64,000 nt of DNA from Botryllus schlosseri (taxonomy: Eukaryota). Shown here piece after piece: positions 1 to 15,500 of this stretch (the first letter of the stretch is position 1; the number at the start of each line of letters is the position of its first letter). The notes beneath the pieces were generated by a model that saw only the letters and a list, made by a program, of their open reading frames with translations, made no database searches and was not told the DNA's origin. Made by a program: the position numbers and the translations under genes. The stretch covers positions 30,070,001-30,134,000 of the forward strand of contig CM119376.1 of assembly GCA_051294905.1 (NCBI GenBank). Reading direction: 5' to 3'.

Positions 1-329
1 GCTCAGGTGATATCATAATATACTAATTTTCCTCACTATAAACAGTTTCTGGCCCTATTTTTGAAGTACCAGCACTGATAGACGAATACCAATAATGTGG
101 TAACTTTACTATTCTTCGTAGTTACAATGAAATGCGTGTCTTGGCTGTCCTAGTCTCTTGCGCATGACTCGAGTACACAATCAGTCAATATACAAATTGA
201 CTCAAGTCGAGTTGAGTCATTTTTATATTTGAAAAAATGACTCGAGTCAAATCGAGTCACTAAAAAATCGCGACTCTGGTATTGATGCAATTCCCTTGTG
301 TGGTCTAGAAAAAACGTTACCTCGCTCAC

Positions 330-557
330 CTTCACATAGTTCATTTTCATACGGCGGTTGCCAAGCGCTCTCACTGTACGATATTCTTTGACAAGTTGAC
401 TTGAAAGACGTAGACGATTCTCGACCGGTAAATACATAATTTTCGATACATTTGTACGTGACCGTTGAGCCACGGAGAAGCAATCCTGATTCCTTGTTTC
501 CAATCACTTTGTACTGGGTAGATGGAAGGAATTCGGGGGGTGAAGTGCATTTGATAT
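330..557 (-). CDS. Gene 2 CCP exon, probably opening repeat unit 5
   Basis: 228-nt exon IKCTSPPEFLPST...YKCIENY...STCQRISYSESAWQPPYENELCE, then a G|gtgagc donor; the next exon is not in the window. Confidence 0.88.
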
Positions 558-3500
558 CTGGAAGTAAGAATTAGTCATAATAATGATCCTTACAGATCAA
601 TGAGTTCTTTGTGCTTCTACAAACTACTGGGTTTTCAAAATCAGCTTCTAGAACCAGAACTAGACCTTATAAATATTCAAAACTTACTACTAGAACCAGA
701 ACTACTCACTCTTACAATCCAGGTACTAGAATTAGGACCAGAACTAACGACATTCAAACCTAACCACAAAAATCACACCCCTGACTACGTCACTGTCAGT
801 AGCGATGCCTCCGGGCTGGCGATGGCTGCAAGAACATGGCAAAACTGAAAATTCACAATCACGCTAAACTGCTTGGCAGCTAAATATTTTTTTTAATGTG
901 CAACTACAACTGGAATACTCACTTTACTCCTCAAGCAGAACTAGAACTATAACTACTTGAAAGAGCAGTGATTGGATGAACGTCATCTAACTACATTAGT
1001 AGTTTGTACAGTGCACAGTACCATTTACTGATATTTGCGACAGGTGAGATGTTCATAAAACTCACCATTCTGACATCGATCTCCATTGAATCCTAACGCA
1101 CAGAGGCAGACGAAGTTTCGCAAACGATTGCGACAAGAACCGCCGTTCTTACATGGCCGAGACAGACAGAAGATATCTAAAAATATTTTGAAACGGCTCG
1201 CAAATGAATGAAAAAAAACGATGATCAGCAAAATAAATTCAACTCACGACACTCTGCCCGTTTCACTTGTATTTGCTTCAACGTTGCCCGTCCAGAGCCC
1301 AGAAATTCAAATTGGATATGACGAGGGAAAGGAATGTTCAAGAATGACACAAGATCAACATCTTTGTTCTCCAGTGGATGCGATGCCCATCCCTGGTGTC
1401 TTTTACCAGACTCGTCTCTAAATAAAACCATCAAATACAAATTTTTTGAAAAGTAAGTAGTTTCGCCCAAAAACTGGTCAAGTCGTAGTGTTTACACATA
1501 ACAATTTGAGCAAGTGGACAAAAGCTGCTTGAACACATGGAAATATTAGAGCTACAGTCGAATCCACTTAATTAGCACTCCGGATAACCCAAACAGTAGA
1601 GTTGTTAAAAATAACCTTTTTTTCGAATTCCAGGGTATCTCTAGTTAAATAGTTAGGTTGCCTAAAAAAACGTTGTACTTCAAATTTGGCTCAATTCAAA
1701 ATGCTAGGTGACAAGGTGCAAATTGTACTGCCTACTTGATGAAATCGTTAGGTTACCTAAAAATACTCTGCACACCAATTTTGGCTCAATTCCAACCTAT
1801 AGAGGCCTTGCTATAATAGAATAAAGTTTTGGATTTATTTAGGAAAAATAAATATAAATTTTTCGAATTTTACTCTCGACCCCACGAAATTGTTATGTTG
1901 TGTAAAAGAGCGATGCATAACAATTCTTTCTCACTTCCAACCTATAGAAGCATTGCTACAAGAGAAAAAAGCTGTGGATTTATATAATAGTAGTACTCAA
2001 GGTGGCCAATTCTCACACTAATTATTTTTATAGATCTACCCACCGTAAATACTATGATTGGAAATCCTAAATTTTGAACATTAATAACTTCGCTCCTACT
2101 AGTTGAAATTGAGCCAAATTTGTTGAGTATCTTTTTTTCAAGCAATTTAATCAGGTAGCCAATGAAATTTGAATAAAATTTATATGTAATTTTGTGAAAT
2201 AATTCCAAAACTTCTTCTTTTGTAGCAATGCTTCTATAGGTTGGAATTGAGCCAATATTGGTGTACGGAGTTTTTGTTAGACAACCTAACAATTATATCA
2301 TGTAGCCAGTAGCCTACAAATTGCAAAAAATATTAGTTATGAACAGCCCGAAGCAACACTGTGGCCTGAAACCTACAATGACAGTAAGCTAAGTGAACCC
2401 ACTCACATCTCTCGTAGTTGGAGACTGGACCCGTCATGAAGTTTGTATGCAAACACAACACATATATGTTCACCAGGCACATAATCGACATTTATCTTTG
2501 GGGAAGTAAGCACAGATGTAGGTCGAGTTGCAACTATTCCGCGATCTGTAAAATAACGCATTCATCTCACCATAAACTTGGGCAAAAAACTACAAAATGA
2601 AAAATAATACAGGAACAGGCAAAAGCCGAGAATTCTGATCAGGGATTTCAAGGAATCCCTGATTCTGATATTGGAAAAAATTTATTGGATGATGCTGTTT
2701 CTACAGCTTTTTGGAGGTACAGAACTTCAGTATACAATTGAGTAGTATATTGATATTAAAGGAACCCGAATATTTTCGGCTGATACTCGTCAGGGTTAAC
2801 CATCAGCAGCTAGTAGAGAATTCAAAAGAACATTGTATATCAGTGGTTCCCAACGTGGGCGATATCGCCCCCCAGGGGGCGATTTGGCGGTCTAGGGGGG
2901 CGATAGGGGGGCGATGACGCGTCAAAACGGCTGACCTTTTCTTTTTTAGTCAACCACCGGAAATCTAGTTACAAAAGTGTCAAATTAGACATCGAGCCGT
3001 AAAAGCTGACCTTTTTTTTGTTTTTTTTTCAGTCAACCCGCTGGCGATTACAGTTTGTACGCCCAATTTTCGGAACACAAAATTTGGGGGGCGAAGATCG
3101 GGGTTGAGCTTGAGAAGGGGGCGATGGGTCGAAAAAGGTTGGGAACCACTGTTATATATCAACAATCGTATCACAAATATGACGTCGGACGTCGCCTCAC
3201 CAGCATGAAATGTCGAATATGAGAGTGTTCAATCCAACAAGTGTTTGCCAAATGCAAAATTTATGGCCTTTGATTGTTCCGCATCAATCTTGAGCTCACC
3301 CTTGACTCATCCGCTCAAGATTGATGCTGAACAATCAAAGGCCATAAATTCTTGGCAAAAACTTGTTGGATAATCCCGCCTGTGCAAAAAAAATTATCGA
3401 GACGACAGATTTCGCGTACTCGAAAAGGGTCGTTCACACTTTCATTTGTATCGACTTTCATCAAAATACACCAGCCAAGGCTGTGTCAATACAGCGAGTT

Positions 3501-6500
3501 CGTGTATCATCAAAAAAGAGTACATTGTATTTGACATTTCATGCTGGTGACGTCATATTTTGTGATACGATTGTTGATATACGATGCTCGATTGAATTCT
3601 ACTAGTTGCTGACGATTACCCCTGACGAGTGTCAGTCGAAAATATTCGGGCTCATTTCAATATCAATATAGCGTTCAATAGCATATTGAAGCACCGTACA
3701 TCCAAGAAGCTCTTCAAATACAGGAATATTTTTAAAAAATACATCAATATTTTGAAAAGATTTTTCGTGTGAATTGTAAAAAAATGCACCACTTCAATGT
3801 ACATAGAACAAAGTCTATCCAGTTGCTTCAAAGTTTGTAATTTGAAAGGTGAATGTCATGCAGTGATGGCATGAGATGAGCATAAAATACTTACGTTGAT
3901 AATCCTCAAACCCCCACCCTACGTTAGTATATCCACATGTTTGTCGGCTAGAGTGTCGCGCCAACGAGCAGTTCAGATCGGCTGTTTGAAGACAATAAGA
4001 TCTCATTTTGTTCTAAAAAGCACTGCACTTTACCTACCTTCACATCTCACATTTTCAAACGATGGTATCCAAGCACTCGTGCTGTACGATGTATTTTGAC
4101 AAGTCGAATTGAAAGAAGTAAAGTATTCTTGACCAGATAATTTATAATTTTCGAAACATTTGTAAGTGACAGTTGAGCCGCGAAGAAGCAATTCTGATTC
4201 TGTATTTCCAATCGCTTTGTGTTCGCTGGATGGAAGGGTTGCAGGCGGCGAAGTGCATTTGATATCTGGAAATGAGAATAATTATAAGGATGGATAAACA
4301 CTAGGGTTGTTCAAAAATAACTTTTTTCCCGGATTCCGTAGATTCACTGATTAAATTATTAATTGGCCTATAAAAACGCTGCACGCCAAATTCGGCCTAA
4401 TTCCAACTGTTAGATGTCAATGGAAAGGAATTGGAGATTTTGAATTTATTATAAAAAAAAATTAATAATAAGAAAATTTTAAACTCTACTCCCAACCCCA
4501 TCAAATTGTTAAATTTTCTAAAGAAACGATGCTTGACAATTTTGTAGAACCTGTAGAAGCAAAGGTATTGCAGTTGCAAATTTTGGATTCATAAAAATAG
4601 CCTGGACGGCAGGTAATCCCAGAATTATTAATAATAAAACTCAAATACCTCTGCTTCTACGGGTTGAAATTGCATCAAATTTGTTTTGGATCGTTTTTGT
4701 ATACAATTCAACAATTTGATGGGGCCGACAGTAAAATTTGAAAAAAATTAAAATATTTATATGATAAAAAATTTTCAAACTCCGGTGCGTTCATCTCTAC
4801 CAGTTGGAATCGAGCTAAATTTGGTGCGCAGAATTCTATAGGTAAACTAATAATTTAATCAGTGAATCCACGAAATTTGGAATTTTTTTTATTTTTGAAC
4901 AACCTTAAGGGGACTAGCAAGTCAAGAAGCGTTTTTTTTCAAGTTCCCACCAAAAGATTACATGTTTCGTCCGATATATGGTTTGACCGTTAGAACATAT
5001 ATGTATGTATATTATCTCCGGGTACAAATTTGTTAGATTGTTGTCAGTTGTCATTCAAGCATTCTGGCACTCATTTTTATCATTAAATCGGTAACACTTG
5101 TTCATTGACTTTTTACTTTGCAAATGTTTGTAAGTGTTTTTCTCAATTATAAAATTTCATTACGTCGCATCACGGTAAACCCACAATTTGTATGATATAT
5201 TTGTCCTGAATGATTTTTTGAAAATATGACATTCAGACCTGTGGTATGCTAAACTTTTTTGACATAAGTCTACCGTGTCAAAAGTTACAGAACTGCAAGC
5301 AAACTTACAGCAAATTTATGACAAAAATTTGAATTTTCAATTTCAAAATGAAATTTCGCCTAGATGGGTATCACATAATCCTTCAAATTTTAGCATAGCC
5401 CAGCACTGTCCTTGTACTTCCTAATGAAGGTGCTAGATTGGAAAAAGGGCTTCACAATTTTGATATTTTGCATTCCCCGTATCGGTGCATTTTCTGTCCT
5501 TCAAATTTACAATATGCCACAATATACAGAGTAGAACTAATTTTTTTTGTATGCAGCATAGCGATTACTGGCTGATGTGCAAAATTTCATGGTGATGGGG
5601 ATAGCCATCCGCAAGTTGGGTTTTTGAGTTGCTAGTCCCCTTAATACACACTCAGGATTTGTTACTCGTGATAAAACATAGTAGGCTACCATTAAACAGG
5701 GTGTAACCAAGTCACAAGGTTCCGAGTCAAGAGACAATTTTACAGTCTGACTCGAGTCAAGTCATTTTCAATTAACCACTGAGTCAAGTCCGAGTCCAAG
5801 TCAGGGATCAACGGGTAGTGCCCAAATCATAGTGTTCACTGTTCATTATCGAATTGAACTCGGGTTCAGCTCACTTTTTTGAAACTATTGTGTGATGACA
5901 AAGTCTCGCATTCATATTATACTCATTTTTCTCACTCTTAACAAGTTTATTCAAACAAATGAAATGTTCTGGGCCTATTTTCAAGTATCAGACCTGACAC
6001 ATGACACTTGAATTCAAATCAAATAGGATACTTCGAGTCGTATGACTTGGTCTGGTAATGCGGAATGACTCGATTACAAGTCGAGTCAATACACGAAGTG
6101 ACTCAAATCGAGACGAGTCAGTTTCCATTTTTAAGAAAATGACTCGAGTCAAATCAAGTTAACGGGACATTGTGACTCGAGTTTGACTTACCATTCTGAC
6201 ATCGATCTCCGTTAAATCCCGGCGCACAGAAGCAGACGAAGTGTTCCAAACGATTGAGACAAGTGCCGCCGTTCATACATGGGTCAGGCAGACAGAAGTC
6301 ATCTGAAAAGATATCCAAATGGAGTATGGCTCAAAAATGAGTAAATCGATGATCTAAAAAATTTCAACCCACGACATTCAGTCCGTCTCACTTCTATTTC
6401 CTTCAAGAATACCGACCCAGAACCCAGAAATTCATATTTGGGACGACTGGAGATCTGGATGTTCAAGAAGGATTTACGATCAACTAATTTCTGCTCCTGT

Positions 6501-9500
6501 TGATGTGATGTCCATGTCGGGTATCTTCTACCAGACCCGTCTCTAAATACATCATAAGAATGTCCTTAGCTATTGATGATGTTACAGCAACTGCTATCGG
6601 GCTATATCGTTGTGCTAGAATCAAAGTAGCTTTACTCCATTTTTCAAATTTCTTGAAAATCAAGATTTTATAAGATTTTCATTTTTTCAGCCATATCTTG
6701 GCCATGATTATGCTTGTCAAATTGTTTCTCAATGCCAACCATGGTAAAGATACGAGTAAATTTTCCCAAAATGTGTAACATCATTAGGGCTGTGCAAAAA
6801 GATTTTTGATTTTAAAATTGTTCTGGCTACTTGATGAAATTGATAGGTTGCCTAAAAACGCTGCACACAAATTTTGGCACAATTCCAGCCTATAGTAGCA
6901 TTGCTATACAAAATAAAAGTTTTGGATTTATTGAATCAAAACATATCTGAAAATTTTTCAAATTTAGCGGCTAACCCACACAAATTGTTCAGTTATCTGA
7001 AAAAACAATGAGTAACAAATTTGGCTCAATTTTAAACAGTAGAAGCGAAGATAGTGGAGAAAAAAATTTTGAATGTAAAAAAATAATATTTACGGTGGAA
7101 AATTATTTATTATAGATCCACCCACGGTAAATATTCTGATTTGAAATCCTAAATTTTGTGATCCAATAACTTTGCTTCTACAGGTTGGAATTGAGCCAAC
7201 TTTGTTGCGCATTTGGGCAACCTAACAAATTCAAGGGGTAGAGAGTAAAATTTGAAAATCTTATATATTTCTTTTTATTAAATAAATCCAGAGTTTTTTT
7301 CTACATAACAATACTTCTATAGGTTGGAATTGAGCCAAAATTTGCGTACAGCGTTTTGTTAGGAAACCTAACAATTTTATCAAGTAGCCAGTAAAATTTG
7401 AAAAAAGCTATTTTTGAACAGCCCTAATCGACATAAGTAACTTTGATTTTACAGCGACGATATACGGAAAGCCAGTGACAAAAAATTTACATAGACACTG
7501 TTGGCATGCAGATTGCTCAGAGCCACAGGTAATGAAAGTAGTCAACGATTCTACTCTCAAGTAAATTTTTCTCAATTACAAGTAGAATAGCAATTTCAAA
7601 GGCATGTCAAAACTACTTCAAGTAGATGTAGAGAATGAAAGGTCTGAAAATTATTTCAGAAAAATAGATTTGGTCAAGTTAATCAGAGGAGGCTACGCTT
7701 GAGATTGCAGAATTCAATTCAATTTCAATTCAATTTAGTCTTCTTCAACAATTCATTGCACCACAAGACTGCCATACAACGAAAAAATAGGAAGGTGTCA
7801 AAGGAATGAAAAGTAAAAGAAGATAATATAAAAGGAAAGGCGACAAAATGAGGTGGCATGTGTCGGAAGGCGAGATCGATATGTCAGGTCGTGGTCCGGT
7901 AAAGTTGGGGGCTGACTAGTATTGATTCAGTAGAAATTGTTTGTATTTCGACTTGTATGTGGACAATTTGGACAGGCTCGAATACTGTCAGATAGCCGGC
8001 GAGTTACTGTTTCACACTGCAGTTCGGCATATTTGATAGAGCTTTGATCTTTTTTGTCTACCATATGGTAGTTGGACAACGTGGACACTCGTGTGTCGTA
8101 CTCATGCACTTTTGATAACGATGTAAAGAAGTCATTGAAGTTTTCGAGGTAGTCACCATATACTTGGCAATTTCTAGTTTCTGCATATCTTTTATGTGTA
8201 GGACACCGAATCTTTTGAGCAGTGATCTGTTGGACACACATCCAACCCACTTTGAGTAATTGTGCACTTTTGATACCGATAGACTTATCTTATTAAAGAA
8301 TCTGTTGAAGTTAGTTTACTGAAATTGAAAACTGCTGATTTTGAAATATTTACTGGAAATCTTGTTGTCTTGACTAAAAAAAGGTCATCATTAGGGCGAT
8401 TTCTTTTTGATCAGTCAAAATAATGTAAAAATTTTGTCAAAATCTTACCTTTAGGTCAAAAAATGTCAAACTTGTTTACAAAGTCCAAAAATTGTTGCAA
8501 CCTGCATTTCGTTTCTATCATAGATTTTGCACTGTCGGTGAACTTATCAGTTGACATTTTACATCTTGTAGCCTACTTCATAGGCCTACCGTTGAAGACG
8601 GCCCATTGTCTGCTCATTGTGAATCATAAACATTCAAATGAAACAAATTGGTTGACATGGTGTTATGCTCAACGTACAGCGATATCCTAACTGAAGCAAG
8701 ACTGCGTGGGTATTGCATGGTTCTTATATCAAGAAGCGCATCATGACAAATTGTGATGTAAACACCATTGTCAGAATGAAGCAACACGGTGTGTCACCTT
8801 CAGTGTTGTCAGGCAACAACTGCTACTGTTGAACGTTCTTTCTCTATTCTTGGCAAGCTACTTGGTAAGACACCCGAGAATGTGGGAAAGTATCTGTAGT
8901 TGTATACGTTGTACTACAACAAATTTTAATTATTTCTACCATAATATGTGGAGTAACTAATGGAATTCTTCATAGGGACAGATCTCGTTCAAATGAAGTT
9001 TTTCATGTAAAAATTTGTCAGTTTTTATGTCAAAAAAGTTTTTTCAGGCCAAACTACTTCGTAAGGACAGACAGTTCCTACCAGAAATGAAGATGAGTAC
9101 TGGTAGTACAATTCTAACATTATGTGGGTAAACAACTAATTTGCATATACATACGTTAGATCAAAATTTTGTCAAAAGTAAGATTTTTACAGTAAAAAAA
9201 TGTGAAAATTTTGATATTTTAGGTCAAAATCTTCCGTTTTTTAGGTAAAAAAAATGCCCTACTCATCACATTGGCTCGAATTCCTCATTACACGCTTTTT
9301 ACCGTGCTTCTATGGTGGTGACCAGGGCTTTGGAGCAGCCGTAAATTTAAACTGCTCCAGCTCCGGCTCCGGAGCTTTCTTCTATCATACACTAGCTCCG
9401 GCTCCAGCTCCGGAGCCGCATTATTACCACTGCTCCGGCTCCAGCTCTGGCTCTGAAATTATCGAATGGGTCTGTCTATATCAGGGGTGGCCAACCCGCG

Positions 9501-12500
9501 GGGCAAATGTGGCCGCGAGAGGGTTTTACGTGGCCCGCGAGGTAATTTCCTATTATATTATCGAAAATGAATTGTTCAGATTGTGAACTTGCAATGCAAT
9601 GCCAACCAAAAATTACAATTCTGGCTGCGACACTTGGGATGTTGATGACTAAAATATCAGTTCCGACGCATTGGCAGATCCAGGGTCCAGTCACATTTTC
9701 AGTAAATCGCCGTACATTACAATAAACTAAAATAGTAGCGAAATTTTTCTTCACGCTTCGCGTGTTTAATTGTCACACGATTTCTTGCTTGGTAGCCTAC
9801 CCCCTACTGTAAATGAAATAAACGCCTAATTTACCCGATTGAGTCTAACTGTATTCGCAATTTCGGGAGAAAGTCTTTTCGCGTTTGCGCTCGCATAAAG
9901 ATCGTCGATGGTGAAATGTAGGCACAAAATGATTGTCGCATATTATCGGAGACCTTCGATATCGATGTGGCCAGACGCCGAATAGTCGTGTCCTTGCAAG
10001 CCTAGCGGGCGGTATACAATAGACCCGCAATATACTCAAGTAATAATATTATTGACCTAGTTTATTTATAAACTTTGAAAATTTTACCCGCTTGGCGCGA
10101 CTAGTGGACCTCGAACTCGTTCGTCAATTGCATGTGCCCCTTTAGCCGACAAGGTTGGTCATTCCTGGTCTATATAGATTACTAATCTACCCATAGGTTA
10201 GTTATCTATAGTAATCTAGAGTCTGTCAGCCGTCAGTAATATCCGATGTAGCAACGAAGACATATATGTGCCGCCGTGCCGGCTTGTGACGTCATAATGA
10301 ATACTTGTCAATTGTCGAGAACATCATAGTTGCATTAGAACGCACTTTACTCTATGCCATTGCCGTGCACAGCATCAAAATTCAGGCCTGCTGTTCAATT
10401 ATGATGAATCAGCAGATGTGGTTGTTGCATATATAGTAGCATCTTATGAAATAGGTCGGAGCCGGAGCTACTCCTCAAATAACGGGCTCCAGCTCCGGCT
10501 CCGGCTGAATTTTATGTAGAGCTCCGGCTCCGGTGAAAATGCACGGCTCCGGGGCTCCGGCTCCAAAGCCCTGGTGGTGACTAAAAAGAGAGGTCATCAC
10601 TTTGATACGTTTCTCAAACGTCTACACTACCTATTTTGCGTCATTTATGCCCATTTTCAGTTAACCCTGTATGTTAGCCTAGCTGTAAAAGCTGTAAAGG
10701 AGGACGTATGGTAACGTTAAATACCGAGGTACAGAAGTCATTGAAATTTTCCAGGTTTCCACATATCTTTATGTTTAGGGCACCGAATCTTTTGAGCAGT
10801 GATTTGTTGGGCGCACATCCTGGCCCCTTTGCATCTTCACAACATAACACAAAAGGACATAACGAAAAAGTACAATCTTCATAAATATATTCAGTTACCG
10901 TTATGCAAGGCCTATTTAACATGGCTCTTATGACAGCTTCCCTAATAAAAGTGCCACAGAATTAAACAAAATCTACATAGTACATTTTGAAATCCAAATT
11001 GCAAAAACTATGTAGTTTTGCCCAAAAACCGGTAAAGAAGTAGTCTAAAACAGTGGTTCTCAACCTGATGTTTTCTTTCTATAATAATGGACAAATGTCC
11101 AACTTCTTGCAGTTTGGAATTTATATCTATAATTCTAATATATATGGCGGACCGGCAACAGTCCGTGGAACGGCGGTTGGGAACCACTGATCTAAAACAT
11201 AAGAACTTGGGTAAAGGATGCAAGTAGGCAAAACCAACTGGAGAACTCCAAAAAAGTATCCACTCACATCTCTTTCAGCTGCAAACTGGCCCCTTGATGA
11301 AGTACGTATATAAATACGACACAAACGTATCCGCTGGACGCATAATCGTGATTTATGTTTGGGGATGTAAGCACTGAATCAGGTTGATGTCGAGCAACTA
11401 TCGCGTTATCTGTAAAATAACAAATTCATCTCCCTGTGAGCTGGGGCACTAACTGGAAATTGCCCTGGAGTGCAGTAGGGTTGCTTAAAAACAACAATTT
11501 TTTCCGGATCCTGAGGATTCGCTTATTGAATTTTTATGTTGCCTAAAAGTACGCTGCACACCAAATTTGGCTCGGTTCCAAAGAGGAGAAACCGACGCAA
11601 AAGCTATTGAAATGAACTAACGTATTATTTCAAAAAATTTCAAATTTTACTGTCAATCTCATGTCAAGTTGAGTTTTCTATAAAAATGATGCAAAAAAAA
11701 TTGACGAAATTCCATCCGTAGAAGCGAAGTTATTTGAGTTTTTCATTCATAATACTTGGACTACCCTCCGTCCAGGCTATTTTTGCGAATCCAAAACTTC
11801 AAACTGCAATGACTCCGCTTCTACACGTTGGAAGTGAGCAAAAATTCTTAAGCGCACAACACCCCACAATTTTATGGGGTTAAAAGCAAAATGTGAATGT
11901 TTTTTAAATTTTTTTAGAATGAATTAAAAACTTTTGGGTCTAAAATAGGGTCTACGTCGGCTTTGACTGGTTGAAACAGAGCCAAATGTGGTGTGCAGCA
12001 TTTTTTAGGCAATCTAACAATTGGATCAGTGAATCCCAGAAAATAAGTTCTTTTTGAACAACCCTACAGTACTCAAAGTGAAAACGGTTGCTTCAAAGCA
12101 GTGGTTCTCCACCTATGGTACTCAAATTCATTTCGTGCGCTACCAGTAGGAAGAAGACAGTTTTTCGTTAACGTATTATTTCTAATGTAAGAACTGTCAC
12201 CATCGAATGCATGGTTGGGCCGCGCGTAGTTCAGCTTGCGGAATAGGAACAATGGATTCGAAAGGTGAATCCAATGCAGAAACTGTATGAGCTGAGTATA
12301 AAATACTTACATGAATAATACCGGGAAAACTCCCACCTTACGTTAGTATATCCGCATGTTTCTCGGCCAGAGTCCCGCGTAAATGTGCAGTTCAAATCAG
12401 CTGACAGAAAACAAGAAGATCTCATTTTGTCCTGAAAGCCACTGCATTTTCCTCACCTTCACATCTATTGTTTCCAAACGGCGGTTGCCAAGCACTTGCA

Positions 12501-15500
12501 CTGTACGATGTACTTTGACAAGTCGAAGTGAAAGAAGTTGAGGATTCTTGCCCGGATAATTTATAATCTTCGATACATTGGTAAGTGACCGTTGAGCCCG
12601 GGAGAAGCAATTCGGGAATCTTGTAATTGACTTTTCCGTCATTTGTGAACTTAAGTGATACTGGCGGTTGGTCGCATTTGATGTCTGGAAATTATGTGCA
12701 TGGTATTATAATGCTAAAGAATAATTAAATGCGGAGTGCCGATAGCACTGAGGTTTCGACATGACCACAGCCCGTGGCAGTATTCAAGTGAAAAGTTAAC
12801 CAGAACAACCTGGATTTGATCCCGAATATAGCATATACAATTGTATAGCGTTAATTAGTAGAGTGGTCCTTGGGCACGATTCAAGTTATTTCCTTGACTG
12901 AAGTCTCAACACGAAAAGACAAACCGGACTTCGACCTCCTACCCTTTCTTTCTACTACCATCCTTTAAATATGGGGGGGACGCCAGACCTAGCCAATTTT
13001 CGTAAAGGGGCACTGCAGGATAAAAGGTTTAAGAACCACTGGTCTGAAGGAATGATGCTTGACAATTTTTGGTCACTTGCACCCAGTAGAAGCAAAGGGA
13101 TTGCTGTTGAAAATTTTGGCTTTCCGAAAATAGTCCGGACGGTGGATAATTCCAGTTTTATTTATAAAAAACTCAAGCAACTAGCTGCTAGTACTGGTTG
13201 GAATTGCGTCTAATTTGATTGGCATCGTTTTGTAGATAACTCAACAATTTCATGGGGTTGACAGCAAAATGTGAAACTTTTCCCAAAATTTTTTTATCAT
13301 AAATTCAAATTTGAACCAAATTTGGTGCGCAGCGTTTTTATAGGCTAACTACTAATTTGATCAGTGAATCCCCGAAATCGGAAAAAAGTAATTTTGAACA
13401 ACCCGAACACACACTCAGGATTTGTTATTGCTGATGAAACATAGTAGGCTACCATTAAACAGGGTTGTAACCAAATCACAAGGTTCCGAGTCAAAAAGTC
13501 AATTTTGCAGTTCGACTCGAGTCAAGACATTTTCAACTCAACAACGAGTCTCAAGTCCGAGTCCAAGTTAGGGAGCAACGGGTGGAGTGATTGGAGTCCA
13601 AATCATTGTTCACTGTTCATAATCGAGTTTTGAAACTATTGTGTGATGCCGAAGCCTCGCATTCATAATATATTCATTTTTATCACTCTAAACATGTTTA
13701 TTCAAACAAATTAGGAGATTCTCAGGGATTAATTTTCTAGCATCAGTCCTGACACATGGGACTTGAATGAAGTCATATAGGATGCTTCGAGTCGTATGAT
13801 TTGGTCTAGTCATGCGCTATGACTCGATTTCAAGTCGAGTCAATACACAAAGTGATTCAAATCGAGACGAGTCAGTTCCATTTTTAACAAAATGACTCGA
13901 GTCAAATCAAGTTAACGGGACATTGTGACTCGAGTTTGACTTACCATTCTGACATCGATCTCCGTTAAATCCCGGCGCACAGAAGCAGACGAAGTGTTCC
14001 AAACGATTGAGACAAGTGCCGCCGTTCATACATGGATCAGACAGACAGAAGTCGCCTGAAAAGATATCCAAATGGAGTATGGCTCTAAAATGAGTAAATC
14101 GATGATCTAAAAAATTTCAACCCACGACATTTTGTCCGTCTCACTTCTATTTCCTTCAAGAATACCGACCCAGAACCCAGAAATTCATATTTGGGACGAC
14201 TGGAGATGTGGATGTTCAAGAAGGATACAAGATCAACAAATTTCTGCTCCTGTTGATGCGATGTCCATTTCGGGCTTTTTATACCAGACCTGTCTCTGAA
14301 TATAATATGAAAATGTCTCTAGCTGGTGATGATGTTATAGCAACTGCTATCGGGCTTAATCGTCGCGCTAGAATCAAAGTAGCTTACGTCCATTTTTCAA
14401 ATTTAGAGAAAATCAAGATTTGGTAAGATTTTCATTTTTTCAGCCATATCTTGGCCATGATTATGCTTGTCAAATTGTTTTTCAATGCTAACCATGGTAA
14501 AGATACGAGTTAATTTTCCCAAAATCTGTAACATCATTAGGGCTGTACAAAAATAATTTTCTTTATATTTAATTTTTCTGGTTACTTGATAAAATTGCTA
14601 GGCTGCCTAAAAAATGCTGCACACTAATTTTGGCACAATTCCGACCTATAGTAGCATTGCTATATATAAGAAAAAAGTTTTGGATTGATTCAATTAATAT
14701 ATATATATATATATATATAAATAAAAGATTTTCAAATTTCACTGGCTACGCCATGAAATTGTTAAGTTGTCTGAAAAAACAATGCACAATAAATTTGGCT
14801 CAATTTAAACCAGTAGAAGTGAAGTTAGTGGAGCACAAGATTTTGGATGTAAAAGAAATAGTATTTATGGTGGAAAATTACTCATTATTATAGATCTACA
14901 CACCATAAATATGATGATTTCAGATCCTAAATTTTGTACTTCAATAACTTTTTTTTAACTTTCTGCCGAATCGAATGCTATCTTGTATTTTGCTGATAAT
15001 TATAGACTGGTGCATACCTTTTCATGCGTACTTTAGCAGGTCAACGTATGAGCAAGCGATAAAAAGCTTTTTCGCGCTATATTCAACTCTATTAAGCCTA
15101 TATTCGTTCCTATCGATTCAGAATAAATAGGGACTCGATCAGTATTTAAAACTAGCGTTGGGACCCCGGGAAATCCCGATCCCGGGATCCCGGGATTTGA
15201 AGCAATCCCGATCCCGAGATTAACCCCAATGAAATCCCGGGATTTGTTAAGAGCATCTACCAGGGCTTACGTAGCGTCATGTGTCATTTTTTGGTAATAA
15301 AGCAGTGTCAAAAACTAGACAGGTTGTCTAAAACATTGTTTCTTAACCTTACATCCCTTCAGCGCCCCTTTTCGAAAAGGGCCTACGTCTGGCGCCCCCA
15401 ACCATATTTTAAGGATATTTCGCCAACAAATTACGAAACCGTCTAAGCGATGATACTCTTTATCAGTGGTTCCTAACCAATTTGAATGTCGGAGCCGCAT

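Noticed and set aside
12730-12940. tRNA-derived SINE or tRNA gene
   Set aside because: No convincing A/B boxes or cloverleaf.
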